DNA from: an uncultured Candidatus Sumerlaeota bacterium
GTDB lineage: Bacteria; Sumerlaeota; Sumerlaeia; SLMS01; JAHLLQ01
NCBI GenBank assembly: GCA_964580585.1
Contig: CAZOKZ010000001.1
Location: forward strand, 23,261-87,260
Direction: 5' to 3'
Length of the DNA: 64,000 nt
The translations under genes were made by a program, and so were the position numbers. Numbering within the stretch: the stretch's first letter is position 1; each line of letters starts with the position of its first letter. The notes under the pieces were generated by a model. That model was not told the DNA's origin. It ran no database searches and saw only the letters and a list, made by a program, of their open reading frames with translations. Positions 50,886 to 61,780 of this stretch are shown here, in pieces.

Positions 50886-52166
50886 GTGAAACGAATGGAC
50901 CCATTCCTGTACGACGACGATTTTTCCCCGACCGAATCCGTGGATACAAACGCTCGCGCGCCCATGACCGTCACGCAGGTGACGGCACAAATTCGTAATC
51001 ACCTGGAAAGCCATTTCGGTCGCCTGTGGATTGAGGGAGAAATACGTAACTGGTCCGTGGCAGGGTCCGGGCACGTCTATTTTTCACTCCGCGACGAAGG
51101 CGCCCTGATTTCCGCTGTGATGTGGCGGTCAACCCATCAAAAGCTATCCTTCAACTTCAAAGATGGCGACCTTGTCGAAGCGCGCGGTAAAATTAGTCTC
51201 TTTGAAAAACGTGGTCAGTATCAGATTCTTGTCGATTCGCTCAAGCCTGTGGGCGAGGGGCTGCTTTGGCGTAAATTCATCGAGTTGAAAGCAAAACTCG
51301 AACGAGAAGGTTTATTCGATCCGGTGCATAAAAAAATTATTCCGACTCTTCCCGCAAAAATTGGCGTCATCACATCACCGACGGGTGCGGCAATTCGCGA
51401 CGTACTTTCGATTCTTCGTCGTCGGGCCCCAGGAGTGGAAATTCTCGTCTGGCCTGCACGCGTTCAGGGTGTCGGTGCTGCCCAGGAACTTGCAGAAGGG
51501 GTACGAAAGCTGGCCGCTTCCGGTCTCGTGGATGTGATCATCATCGGTCGTGGTGGGGGATCGCTCGAGGACCTCTGGGAATTTAACGACGAACGCCTTG
51601 CGCGTGAAATCCATGGCGCTCCGATCCCAATTATCTCCGCCGTCGGACACGAAGTCGATTTCACGATCTGCGATTTCGTGGCCGATTTGCGTGCCGCAAC
51701 GCCTTCCGCTGCTGCCGAACTGGTCAGTGCCGATCGTGCGCAATTGCGCCTTCGACTGCTCGAAGGCATTCAACGCATGGATCGCGCACTAGACAATCGG
51801 CTTGCCAATTTGCGTTCGCGATTAGGTCGCGCCAGCAATAGCTATGCACTACGCGAGCCGGAAATTTTACTTCGGAACGCCCAACAACGTGTCGATCTGG
51901 CGTTTGAAACCATGGATGAATCGATGAATCAACGATTGAGCGACTTGCACCACCGCGTGAATCGTTGCCAAGCTGCCTTGCAAGGTCATAATCCCGAATT
52001 GATTTTGCGCAAAGGCTATGCAATCGTTCGAGGTGTTAAGGACGAACGGGTTATCGCGTCGTCGAATAAACTCCGTCCAGGAACACACGTTCATGCATAT
52101 TTCCAGGATGGCCGTGCACGGCTGGTTGCTACGGACGATGCCCCCGATCTGTTCGAGGAGACGTGA
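50886..52166 (+). CDS. xseA: Exodeoxyribonuclease VII large subunit.
   Basis: N-terminal OB fold and catalytic domain similar to XseA. Confidence 0.8.
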   Translation: MKRMDPFLYDDDFSPTESVDTNARAPMTVTQVTAQIRNHLESHFGRLWIEGEIRNWSVAGSGHVYFSLRDEGALISAVMWRSTHQKLSFNFKDGDLVEARGKISLFEKRGQYQILVDSLKPVGEGLLWRKFIELKAKLEREGLFDPVHKKIIPTLPAKIGVITSPTGAAIRDVLSILRRRAPGVEILVWPARVQGVGAAQELAEGVRKLAASGLVDVIIIGRGGGSLEDLWEFNDERLAREIHGAPIPIISAVGHEVDFTICDFVADLRAATPSAAAELVSADRAQLRLRLLEGIQRMDRALDNRLANLRSRLGRASNSYALREPEILLRNAQQRVDLAFETMDESMNQRLSDLHHRVNRCQAALQGHNPELILRKGYAIVRGVKDERVIASSNKLRPGTHVHAYFQDGRARLVATDDAPDLFEET

Positions 52167-52176
52167 GGAGAACAAG

Positions 52177-53400
52177 GTGAAGATCACGTGCAACGGATTC
52201 GCCATTCTGGCGCTCCTCTTCGTCGCCATTTGCTTTCCGGCCATTGGGAATGCAGCCGAAACATGTTCATTTTGTCGGAAAACAATAACCGGCTCCTATA
52301 CGACGTACTCCGTCCCCGGAGAAAATCCACTGCTGGTTTGTACACAATGCAATCAATCCCTGAATCGTTGTGAATTGTGCGGTGTTCCAACCAAAAACAA
52401 GGCGATCAAAACGGGAAACGTCTTGTGCAGTCGATGCATCTCGCACGCAAAACGTTGTTCAATTTGCAATCAGCTCATTAAAGGTACCTATTCGGTTTAT
52501 CAACGTGCAGGCGAATCCGATATCGCCATTTGTCAAAACTGTATTCAAACGAAACCGCGTTGTTCAGCCTGTAATCGACCTTATCTGCAGCGCGATTTAA
52601 GAGCCTATGGGAATGACCTTTGGTGTACGGAATGTTTGGAAAAGACAAAAATTTGCAATCTTTGCAATATTCCGATAAACGATAAAATTTACACTTTGGA
52701 ATACCATAAGGGACAATGGTGCGGGTTTTGTTTCGAACGATCCGAAAAGTGTAGTTTTTGCAGTCGTCCCATGAAAACTGCCGCGGCCCATGTGCTAGAT
52801 GGACGCCAATTATGCGCCGATTGTTACCATTCTTCTATTTCGGGGACAGAGGCAGTGAACTCCATTGCGCATCAGATTGCTCCTTTATACGAAGAGATTC
52901 TTGGACTTCCGGTAACGTTGCCTCCCATTCGTGTTGTGCTGATGGAAGAACTCACCGCAGTGCGAAATAGTCTCCCAACTGCCGAAGGCAAATCGCCGAC
53001 ACGACGGCTTGGAAAACCTTCTCCGTCCCCCGTACTAAAAGAGCTTGGGTTATTTTCAGCCCAAGGCCGAAAAAAACAAATCCTGATACTCGACACACAA
53101 CCGGAAGATATCATGTGGGAAACCATTGCGCACGAACTGGCTCATGCATGGCAATTCGAGCATTTTCCACATTGCACCGATCCCGTTTTGGTCGAAGGCT
53201 TTGCCCAATGGATGGCGGAAAAAATTTGTTATCGCACCCATCATCGTACAGGACTGCAAAACCTCCACAACCGCGACGACGAATACGGCCATGCTTATCG
53301 CACTGTGTCGAACATTGAAATTTTAAAAGGCGAACGTGCCGTCATCGAAGCGCTTTCGACCAACTCCGTCCCCGATTTAACGAAATCAGCGGCCAAATAA
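52177..53400 (+). CDS. Secreted protein with six tandem LIM-like double-CxxC zinc-finger repeats and a C-terminal DA1-like HExxH metallopeptidase domain.
   Basis: GTG start after a GAGGAG RBS; signal peptide; repeats C-x2-C-x16-21-C-x2-C; IAHELAHAWQFEHFPHC zincin motif. Confidence 0.6.
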   Translation: MKITCNGFAILALLFVAICFPAIGNAAETCSFCRKTITGSYTTYSVPGENPLLVCTQCNQSLNRCELCGVPTKNKAIKTGNVLCSRCISHAKRCSICNQLIKGTYSVYQRAGESDIAICQNCIQTKPRCSACNRPYLQRDLRAYGNDLWCTECLEKTKICNLCNIPINDKIYTLEYHKGQWCGFCFERSEKCSFCSRPMKTAAAHVLDGRQLCADCYHSSISGTEAVNSIAHQIAPLYEEILGLPVTLPPIRVVLMEELTAVRNSLPTAEGKSPTRRLGKPSPSPVLKELGLFSAQGRKKQILILDTQPEDIMWETIAHELAHAWQFEHFPHCTDPVLVEGFAQWMAEKICYRTHHRTGLQNLHNRDDEYGHAYRTVSNIEILKGERAVIEALSTNSVPDLTKSAAK

Positions 53401-54132
53401 ATGACACTTGAAAATAAAGTCGTTTGGATTACAGGTTCCGCGCGACGCGTCGGCAAAACCATCGCAATCGAAGCCGCACGCGAAGGCGCCGATATCGTCG
53501 TGCATTGCAATCGTTCTCGAAATGAAGCCGAAACGACCGCTTCTGAAATTCGAGCTATCGGCTCCAAAGCCCTTGTCGTTCAAGGCGATCATGCACAGCG
53601 GGCCGATGTGGAACGCATAATAAACGAAATCGATTCGCACTTTGGACGACTCGACGCATTGGTCAATTCCGCTTCAACATTTCCAACCAAGCCATTTACC
53701 GAAATTTCCACCGAGGAATTTTCATCGACCATCGATGCGAATTTGCGTGGGCCTTTTTTGTGCGCACAACTTGCGCTCCCTCTTCTTCGCGCAGCAAAAC
53801 CCGGGCGAATTGTCAACATCACCGACTGTATGTTGCCTCGTCCCTATCCGAAATACGCTGTCTATTGGTGTGCGAAAGGCGGACTTGATGCTTTGACTCG
53901 CGCACTGGCGAGGGAACTGGCCCCGGACGTGCTCGTAAACGCAGTCGCACCGGGCCCCGTGCTCGCGCCCGATGATATCACGGAACAAAAACGTGAAAAT
54001 ACCATTGCACGAACGTACCTCAAACGGTGGGGGAAACCCGAAGACGTGGCGTGTGCAGTAATCTATTTATTGAAGGCGGAATATACGACTGGTATCTCCG
54101 TCCCCGTAGATGGGGGACGGAGTCTTGGTTAG
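53401..54132 (+). CDS. Short-chain dehydrogenase/reductase (pteridine reductase/FolM-like).
   Basis: TGSARRVG cofactor motif; YxxxK (YWCAKGG). Confidence 0.8.
   Translation: MTLENKVVWITGSARRVGKTIAIEAAREGADIVVHCNRSRNEAETTASEIRAIGSKALVVQGDHAQRADVERIINEIDSHFGRLDALVNSASTFPTKPFTEISTEEFSSTIDANLRGPFLCAQLALPLLRAAKPGRIVNITDCMLPRPYPKYAVYWCAKGGLDALTRALARELAPDVLVNAVAPGPVLAPDDITEQKRENTIARTYLKRWGKPEDVACAVIYLLKAEYTTGISVPVDGGRSLG
54095..54122. terminator. 10-bp inverted repeat CTCCGTCCCC-GTAGATG-GGGGACGGAG overlapping the 3' ends of two convergent, overlapping genes.
   Basis: Read from sequence; built from two copies of the recurrent motif. Confidence 0.4.
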
Positions 54133-55373
54133 CGTCTTTGCGGGCAATCGCCCATCATGGGCAGCTCGATGATAAACGTTGTCCCCTGAGATTCCTCAGT
54201 TTCAAAAAATATCTCACCATGGTGTTCATCGATAATTTTTTTCGTCACGGCGAGCCCAATACCCGTTCCCCCTTTGCCTTTGGTCGAATAGAAAAGGTTG
54301 AACATTTTTTGCTGAACCTCGGGTGGAATTCCATCGCCATCGTCGCTGATGCGAATCCGGATCAAACGCGCACCGCAATCCAGTTCACTTGACACACGCA
54401 CTTCGCCTTCTCGACCTGCAGGAATCGCATCCAATGCGTTGCCCGCCAAGTTGAGCAAAGCATCGAACATCGCGCTTTCATCCATCATCACAGGCGGAAC
54501 GCGATGATCCAGATTAACGACAAAATGAATATTTCGTCGGAACGCAGTGTCCTCGATTTCATGTGCTAATCGAGCGATCAACGCATTCAAATCGCCTTGT
54601 TCCAATGCGCAACGATTCTCGCGTGAGAACACGAGCATGTTTTCGACCAATGCGCGGATTTTTTCCGTGCTGCGCGCCAGCAATTCCCACCCTTGGCGAA
54701 TTTTCCCCACATCGTTGCGCTTAATTCCCGCCTCGACGAAATACGAACCGCCCATCATATTTTGCAAAACGTTCTTGATGTAATGTGCCACTTCACTCAG
54801 TGAAATTGCGATCGCCGCCAACCGTTCGGCTTCGACTTTCTCGTTATAAAGGCGGGCTTTTTCGAGCACGATGGCAATTTGTTTGGCGAGAATTTCGCCA
54901 AACACAATTTCTTCGTCTCTCCATTCATGTGGGTTGCGGCGTCGCATCGAAAGAACGCCGACAACTTCGTCTTGGATACGTAACGGCGTACACAAATAGG
55001 CCAGATATTCGCGCGCTTCCGAACTTGCAGGTTCCGGAAAATCGCGTTCGTCGTTCGACGTGTCGTTTACCGCCAACGTTTGATTTTGCAGTGCGGCCCA
55101 GCCAGCCAGGCCTTCACCCAACCGAAATCCCTGGCGCCCAAGTTCCTCGGCGCGACTCCGTCCCTGCGAAGCTTTTAATACAAGAAAGTCTCCGTCCCCG
55201 CCTTCCTTTAAATAAACAGAGAAAGTGTCTGTTTCCATCACGCGAGCGCCAATTTCACAAATACGCAACACTATCGCATCGATGGTCATTACCGAGCCAA
55301 CGGCATAACTGATCTCAAGCAGTGCTTCGGCAATCCGGCGATCATGACCAAGCGCGGAAACGGGTGAAGACAT
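54129..55373 (-). CDS. GAF-domain sensor histidine kinase, cytoplasmic.
   Basis: GAF N-terminus; H-box EVAHYIKNVLQ; HATPase N/G boxes. Confidence 0.8.
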   Translation of the reverse strand: MSSPVSALGHDRRIAEALLEISYAVGSVMTIDAIVLRICEIGARVMETDTFSVYLKEGGDGDFLVLKASQGRSRAEELGRQGFRLGEGLAGWAALQNQTLAVNDTSNDERDFPEPASSEAREYLAYLCTPLRIQDEVVGVLSMRRRNPHEWRDEEIVFGEILAKQIAIVLEKARLYNEKVEAERLAAIAISLSEVAHYIKNVLQNMMGGSYFVEAGIKRNDVGKIRQGWELLARSTEKIRALVENMLVFSRENRCALEQGDLNALIARLAHEIEDTAFRRNIHFVVNLDHRVPPVMMDESAMFDALLNLAGNALDAIPAGREGEVRVSSELDCGARLIRIRISDDGDGIPPEVQQKMFNLFYSTKGKGGTGIGLAVTKKIIDEHHGEIFFETEESQGTTFIIELPMMGDCPQRR

Positions 55374-55442
55374 CAGTTGGTACTCCTTGTGTGTCGGTAG
55401 AAAACCGGCCCGGAACGATGCCCGGGCCGGTGAAAGTACTGG

Positions 55443-57692
55443 TCAGAAGTCCGCCTTCAAAACGGCGCCCTTCGCAGCGTTAGTCACCAAGCGACTGTAT
55501 CGTTTCAACCAGCCCTTGGTCACGCGTTGGGGATTGGGAGTCCAATTTTTCCGTCGTTCGGCAAGTTCATCATCGGACACCAGCAACTCGATTTTTTTAT
55601 CATAGATATCGATCGCAATCTTGTCTCCGTTCTGCACCAGACCAATCGTTCCGCCCTCGGCGGCTTCCGGCGAAACGTGACCAATGCATGCACCGCGCGT
55701 CCCACCCGAGAAACGCCCATCGGTAACGAGCGCCACTTGACTGCCGAGGCCACGCCCCATGATGTAACTTGTCGGTGCCAACATCTCCTGCATACCCGGG
55801 CCGCCTTTGGGGCCTTCGTACCGAATGATCACCACATGCCCCGCATCGACTTCCCCCGCCAGAATGCCCTCGCACGCGGCTTCCTGCGATTCATAGACAA
55901 TCGCCGCACCGGTAAATTTCTTCATATTCTCTTCAACGCCCGCCGACTTGACCACGCAACCCTCTGGCGCGAGATTTCCGTACAGAATATTCAAACCACC
56001 CTGTTTTGAATATGCCTTTGGCACCGTCCGAATACAATCGTACGGATCGAACTTGGCGGGTTTGACGGGATAGGTTCCACCGAGTTCGGAAACCGAGCGC
56101 GTCTTCGTCGCCTTTACCATGCCGTCGCCTTCGTGGAACGTCGCTTTTGCAATGGTGGCTCCGTCGTCGGCGAGGCCATCGAACACGAGCACGCCAACGG
56201 GGGACGGAGTCTTTCCACGTTCCCACAAAACCGCAACGGACTCGCCGTCCAGGTCAGCCACACACGCCGCCGTGCCTTGATCGCCGCGATGCAGCCATCC
56301 GTCGATGAATTGGCTGAGCGAAGCGCCCGAAACCGTTGCATCTGTTGTAAATTGGGCACGAACCGCTGCTGAATTTTGCGCATTCCAAGCGGCTGCAAAT
56401 GCCGCCGCCAGCGCCTCGGTTGTTGCCGTCTTAACCAACGTTGTCACGCCACCGGGGATATCTGAACGTGCTCCAGCCCCCTGCATCTTGCCAAGCGCGG
56501 TGTGCAGTTCGCGCACGGACTTGCCTGTCGGCACTGCACCCGACTGGTTCAGCACCAACGCCTCGCGCGCAACCTTCGCGCCGCGAATATCCCAGGCATC
56601 GATATTTTCACCGAGCGTTTTCCCCGTCACCGTCAACACGTTTTCGTTCAACACGCCCGGCATGCCTCGACGAATTTCGCCGAGAATTGTATGAATACCG
56701 CCCGCGTGATGCACGTCTTCGATGTGGTAAGCCGACGAAGGCGAAACCTTGCTGATGTTGGGCGTCGAAGCGGAAATTTCGTTCAGGTCTTTCATCGTGA
56801 AATCGACTTCGGCTTCGCTCGCCACCGCCATCGTATGCAGCACCGTATTTGTCGAGCCACCCATCGCCACATCGAGCACCATCGCATTGTGGAACGCCTC
56901 GCGTGTGGCGATGTCGCGTGGTTTGATGTCCTTATCCACGAGTTCCAGGATCTGGCGCGCAGCACGGCGATACAGCTCAATGCGTGATTCGCTCGTGGCA
57001 AGCACCGTTCCGTTGCCGGGCAGCGCCAGACCCAATGCTTCATTCAAGCAGTTCATCGAGTTTGCCGTGAACATCCCACTGCATGAACCACACGTTGGGC
57101 AGGCAAAATCTTCTAGTGTTTTTAGCTGCGCATCGTCGATTTTACCGATTTTGCGCGCACCGACACCTTCGAATACCGAAATCAAATCCACTGTTTTGCC
57201 GTCCGGCGTTACACCTGCTTCCATCGGGCCACCGCTGACAAAAAGCGTTGGAATATTCAACCGCATCGTGGCCATCATCATGCCCGGCACGATCTTGTCG
57301 CAGTTCGGAATGCAAATCATTCCGTCGAAACAATGAGCCTCGACCACGCTTTCCACGCAGTCTGCGATCAATTCGCGACTCGGCAGGCTGTACTTCATGC
57401 CAAAGTGCCCCATCGCGATGCCGTCATCGACACCAATGGTATTGAACAAGAACGGAACGCCACCCGCTTCGCGAACGGCTTGTTTGACAAACTGGCCGAC
57501 CGCGTCCAGATGTGCGTGACCCGGAATAATGTCAATGTAACTGCACGCAATGGCGATAAACGGCTTGTTTTCGTCGCCATCGACAAAGTTACCCGTGGCC
57601 TTGAGCAGCGAACGATGCGGCGCGCGCTCGAAGCCTTTCTTAACGGTATCCGACCGCATTGCGCGTGGTTTGCCGTTTCCTTGTTCCGTCAT
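55443..57692 (-). CDS. ilvD: Dihydroxy-acid dehydratase with an inserted domain of about 140 aa (NTF2/SnoaL-like) in the C-terminal half.
   Basis: ILVD_EDD signatures (CDKIVPG, SGGTRG, Cys ligands); 749 aa against typical lengths of 560-620; insertion between HTILGEI and AYSKQGGL. Confidence 0.85.
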   Translation of the reverse strand: MTEQGNGKPRAMRSDTVKKGFERAPHRSLLKATGNFVDGDENKPFIAIACSYIDIIPGHAHLDAVGQFVKQAVREAGGVPFLFNTIGVDDGIAMGHFGMKYSLPSRELIADCVESVVEAHCFDGMICIPNCDKIVPGMMMATMRLNIPTLFVSGGPMEAGVTPDGKTVDLISVFEGVGARKIGKIDDAQLKTLEDFACPTCGSCSGMFTANSMNCLNEALGLALPGNGTVLATSESRIELYRRAARQILELVDKDIKPRDIATREAFHNAMVLDVAMGGSTNTVLHTMAVASEAEVDFTMKDLNEISASTPNISKVSPSSAYHIEDVHHAGGIHTILGEIRRGMPGVLNENVLTVTGKTLGENIDAWDIRGAKVAREALVLNQSGAVPTGKSVRELHTALGKMQGAGARSDIPGGVTTLVKTATTEALAAAFAAAWNAQNSAAVRAQFTTDATVSGASLSQFIDGWLHRGDQGTAACVADLDGESVAVLWERGKTPSPVGVLVFDGLADDGATIAKATFHEGDGMVKATKTRSVSELGGTYPVKPAKFDPYDCIRTVPKAYSKQGGLNILYGNLAPEGCVVKSAGVEENMKKFTGAAIVYESQEAACEGILAGEVDAGHVVIIRYEGPKGGPGMQEMLAPTSYIMGRGLGSQVALVTDGRFSGGTRGACIGHVSPEAAEGGTIGLVQNGDKIAIDIYDKKIELLVSDDELAERRKNWTPNPQRVTKGWLKRYSRLVTNAAKGAVLKADF

Positions 57693-58371
57693 GATTCAAA
57701 CTCCAATCAAAGGGGCATCGGTTATCTGTTATCAATAAGTTGGCTGGCATGGTGCAATAGCACCTTCGCCAAAGGTCAAAAAGCATTTCCCGAGCCATGC
57801 GGATACCGCAAGCCAAAGCAGACGGAGAATTGCAAGCCCACTATGGATTTAGGCAAATGTCAAGAAATCTGGAGGAGCAAAAAAACCGCGACGTCGCAGT
57901 GCCAAAGGACCCTCTGTTTCGCATAGCAACCGAAGCCTCGGCAGGCGCTTGGCTGATTCGGTTACGTGTCTTGCAGTTTCCAATGTCATATCGGCGATAT
58001 CGAGCTCGTTTCGCCCCATCATCTTCCGTGTGAAGGATTGTTCGAGTTTCGGTGAAAATGAATCGCGGGATCGTCCAGAGCGTTCATCCACCCAAACGGG
58101 TTGAGGGAAACATGCGTCACCCCATCTTGAATCCATTCTTGAACGTGACAATCCTCAATCGCAGAACCCCCTTCCACACATATACCACGTTGAAAAGATT
58201 GAGGCAATTCACCATCGCAAAATGAAGCCATTGGCAAATTTAACAATTACAAGAAGAAGAAGTTCCAACACCTTTGATTTTTCTTCATTAATCTCAACCC
58301 GACAAGATTATTACGAATCAGAATGGGGCATTTTTTCTGTCTGCCAGCCACCCTTCTCCGAACGGGAACTT

Positions 58372-58530
58372 CAAAACTTCTCGACATCCGATTTCGGCTT
58401 CTCTTTCGCTTCATTTTCCGCACTCGAACGCCCAATCAGATACCCCACATAGAAGACTAATCCAACCGCCACAATATGCAATACCCACCAAAGACTCCCC
58501 AAAAATCGCCATGATTCCGGTAATTCCATG
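58372..58530 (-). CDS. Small single-TM protein (52 aa), putative.
   Basis: GGAGGA RBS 9 nt upstream of the ATG; hydrophobic core LGSLWWVLHIVAVGLVFYVGYLIG; below the 60-aa cutoff of the ORF track. Confidence 0.35.
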
Positions 58531-58619
58531 TGACTCCGTTCCTCCAACATGAGAATGCCTACCGGGCAGGGGATAGCCTGATGGCAGCGGGGGGCAAAGC
58601 GGAACTTTTGCCAACTCCT

Positions 58620-60032
58620 TTACATGCCTGGAATGCCCGGCATTGTCATCGCCTTCGGATCCAGGATCCGCGCAATTTGCTCGTCTGAAAGCAACCCCTC
58701 TGCCCGAACCAGTTCCACAAGGCTTTTCTCTTCGTGCAACGCCTGTTTGGCCAAACGCGACGCGTTTGCGTACCCGATATGCACGTTCAATGCTGTTGCA
58801 AGACCCATCGATCGTTCGCAATAATCCTGACACCGTTTCCGGTTTGGTGTGATTCCCTCGATACAGCGGTCCGTCAGCGCACGAATCATGTTACCCAGTA
58901 CGTGAATCGAGCCGATGACCTTGTGCTGCATCAATGGCATCATCACGTTCAGCTCCAACTGCCCTGCGCCAACCGCCCATGCAACTGACGTATCGTTTCC
59001 GATTACCTCGAAACAGACCATGTTTGCGCATTCAAGCATCGAGGGGTTTACCTTGCCCGGCATGATTGAACTTCCCGGTGCGACTGCAGGCAAATTGATC
59101 TCCGCCAACCCCGTCATTGGTCCGCTCGACAACAAACGCAGGTCGTTACAAATGCGACTGAGTTCGATGGCCAGATTTCGGAGCGCACTACTCGTTTCCA
59201 CAATCGGACGTTGACTTTGCATCGCTTCGCACATGTTTGGATTCAATGCGAGGTCCTTAATTTCCGTGATTTTCTTCAAATTTTCCAGCATCAATTCCCG
59301 GTATCCTGGCGCTGTGTTGAGACCCGTTCCCGCTGCCGATCCTCCAATACCTAATTCGCGCACACCTGTTCGAGCGGCGGCTATCGAGCGATGGCATCGC
59401 GCCATAGTGTCGCCGTATGCTGCGAACTCCTGACCCAACCGAATCGGCACCGCGTCCTGCAAATGTGTTCGTGCGCTTTTAAGAATATCATCGAACTCCT
59501 CACCTTTCGCTCGGAATGCCTTTTCCAAATCAACCAACGGTTGATGCAGACAATCGCGTAACATCAACAAAATTGCCACGCGCATCGCTGTCGGAAACGT
59601 ATCGTTCGTCGATTGACCGAAATTTACGTGATCGTTCGCCCGTACAGGTGCATTTGCGCCTAATGGTTTGCCTAGAATCTCGTTCGCACGATTAGCGATC
59701 ACCTCATTTACGTTCATGTGAATACTGGTCCCTGCGCCCATCTGGAACACATCGACCACAAACTGATCGCGCAATGAACCCTTCAGGATTTCCCCGCAAG
59801 CCTGGATAATAGCATCGGCATGTGTAACTTCAATGGTTGCAAGCTCCCGGTTCGCTTCAGCGGCGGCTTGCTTCAACATGACATAGGCATCGGTGAACGT
59901 CCCATGATGCCGCAGGCCAGAAATCGGAAAGCTTTCGAGCGCGCGCTGAGTCGTCGTACCCCAGTAGGCATTGGCCGGAATCGAAACTTCGCCCAGTGAG
60001 TCCTTCTCGATGCGAGATGTTTTTTTCATCAA
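58620..60032 (-). CDS. aspA: Class II fumarase/aspartase family lyase, more aspartate-ammonia-lyase-like.
   Basis: GSSIMPGKVNP signature; GAGTS.NMN motif. Confidence 0.75.
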   Translation of the reverse strand: MMKKTSRIEKDSLGEVSIPANAYWGTTTQRALESFPISGLRHHGTFTDAYVMLKQAAAEANRELATIEVTHADAIIQACGEILKGSLRDQFVVDVFQMGAGTSIHMNVNEVIANRANEILGKPLGANAPVRANDHVNFGQSTNDTFPTAMRVAILLMLRDCLHQPLVDLEKAFRAKGEEFDDILKSARTHLQDAVPIRLGQEFAAYGDTMARCHRSIAAARTGVRELGIGGSAAGTGLNTAPGYRELMLENLKKITEIKDLALNPNMCEAMQSQRPIVETSSALRNLAIELSRICNDLRLLSSGPMTGLAEINLPAVAPGSSIMPGKVNPSMLECANMVCFEVIGNDTSVAWAVGAGQLELNVMMPLMQHKVIGSIHVLGNMIRALTDRCIEGITPNRKRCQDYCERSMGLATALNVHIGYANASRLAKQALHEEKSLVELVRAEGLLSDEQIARILDPKAMTMPGIPGM

Positions 60033-60331
60033 TTTGCTCCATTTTCCCCAATTTGAATGAGTGTGGTGGGGGATATCATACAGTTTGGCGGTTTAAAATT
60101 ATACTTGCAAAGAAAAAACCTGATTTTCTGCTTGCTCCATATAGGATATATGATACATGTTTTATCCGAATTATGTCGATTGAGGCGAAAAAAGCTGATT
60201 TATCGGATTGATTTGCAGCACAGGCAGCATTACAAAGCCGCCGCATTTGGCGGGAGTTCTCAAAAAACCGAGGCTCGAAAGTTCTAAGGTTCGAAACTCC
60301 ACCCCCCCCGACGGAAACGTGACGCTAAATC

Positions 60332-61615
60332 ATGAATTCGAACTGTTTAGGCCTAAGTCACCGCACTGCCCCCCTTGAACTCCTCGAACAGGCGGGCATT
60401 AATAGCGAATCGATGGTGCCCGTTTTAGAACGCATTCGTCGCGATTCGCCCATCGAGGAAATCGCGGGTCTTTCGACATGCAACCGTACCGAAATTTACT
60501 ACGTCGCTCCGCCTGACTGGACCGGAGCCCGCGAACACGTTCTGAATCGGATGTACGAGCATATCGCGCATGATACCCGCCATGAAATTAACTCACATGC
60601 CTACCAACATACCAGTCAATCGGCTGCGCGCCACTTGCTGCGTCTTGCCTCGGGTGCCGATTCTCTGATTCTGGGCGAGACGGAAATCCTTGGACAAATC
60701 CAAAACGCCTTCCGGCTGGCCGATGAGAACGGCTTTGTCGGCGAGACTCTGCGTGCATTGCTCACACGTTCGGTGGCATTTGGACGTCGCGTGCGGGTGG
60801 AAACCGACATTTGCAAAGGCCATGTGTCGTTTGCTTCGGTGTCGTACGATATCGCGAACGAAGTTTTTGACGATATTTCCAACCGCTGCGTCGTGATTGT
60901 CGGCGCCGGGGAAATCGCCCGAGTAACAGCCCAACACTACTGGTCGCGTGGTGTGGGATCGATGATGATCCTGAACCGCACATTCGAAAAAGCACGCGAA
61001 TTGGCTGCAACTTTTCATGCCACCGCAATGCCTTTCGATCACTTGAACATCGCCCTGGCAAAAGCGGACATCGTTGTTTACGCCACGGGCGCCCAGGAAT
61101 ACCTGATGACCCGCGACGAAGCGGTGCATCTGATGAAAGCGCGTCGAACGACTGTCCCGAAGGTATTTATCGACCTTTGCCGTCCCCGCAACATCGATCC
61201 AGCCGTTGCCGAAGTCCAAGGCATTCGCCTTGCCGCAATGAATGAAATCAAACAAGCCGTTGAAAGCGCCAGTCGCACGCGCGAAGCCGCCCTTCCGGAC
61301 ATTGAATCGCTCGTTGACGTTGAGATTGCCAAGCTGACCGATTGGCTGCATTCGCGCCAGGCATCGAAACTCGTCACCGCCGTTCGCCGCCGGATGGACG
61401 ACATCTGCCAAAGTCATGTGAACCGCTATGGCAAGCAATTCGACGAGCGCCATCGTGCATGTTTGTCTAAGTTTTCACAAAGTCTGCTCAACACTCTGAT
61501 GCACGACATCACGATGAACATTCGCCAGTTGGATATGGATACGGATATCGGAAAACAAGAATTCGATCTTGCCTGCCAACTTTTCAACATCACTCAAGGC
61601 GAACTGGACACCTGA
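60332..61615 (+). CDS. hemA: Glutamyl-tRNA reductase.
   Basis: LSTCNRTEIY active-site motif; NAD-binding GAGE. Confidence 0.9.
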   Translation: MNSNCLGLSHRTAPLELLEQAGINSESMVPVLERIRRDSPIEEIAGLSTCNRTEIYYVAPPDWTGAREHVLNRMYEHIAHDTRHEINSHAYQHTSQSAARHLLRLASGADSLILGETEILGQIQNAFRLADENGFVGETLRALLTRSVAFGRRVRVETDICKGHVSFASVSYDIANEVFDDISNRCVVIVGAGEIARVTAQHYWSRGVGSMMILNRTFEKARELAATFHATAMPFDHLNIALAKADIVVYATGAQEYLMTRDEAVHLMKARRTTVPKVFIDLCRPRNIDPAVAEVQGIRLAAMNEIKQAVESASRTREAALPDIESLVDVEIAKLTDWLHSRQASKLVTAVRRRMDDICQSHVNRYGKQFDERHRACLSKFSQSLLNTLMHDITMNIRQLDMDTDIGKQEFDLACQLFNITQGELDT

Positions 61616-61780
61616 TGGTGTAAGAATTCCGTTTCGTTCCGAATCTCTGTCTTGCGCTTCCGTCTCAAGCTTCCGTAACGTAGCCCTGTTACGCCTTAGT
61701 CTTGAGTACTTTCGGCGCTTTTTTTGTCGGGTTCGATTCTCCTTCTCCCGACTGTAACTTCCTTTAGGATTTCCCGACGA

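Noticed and set aside
60593-61453. ORF of 286 aa antisense to hemA; also a 217-aa ORF at 62449-63102 antisense to hemCD.
   Set aside because: Both lie opposite strongly conserved enzyme genes and show no motifs. They are shadow ORFs.
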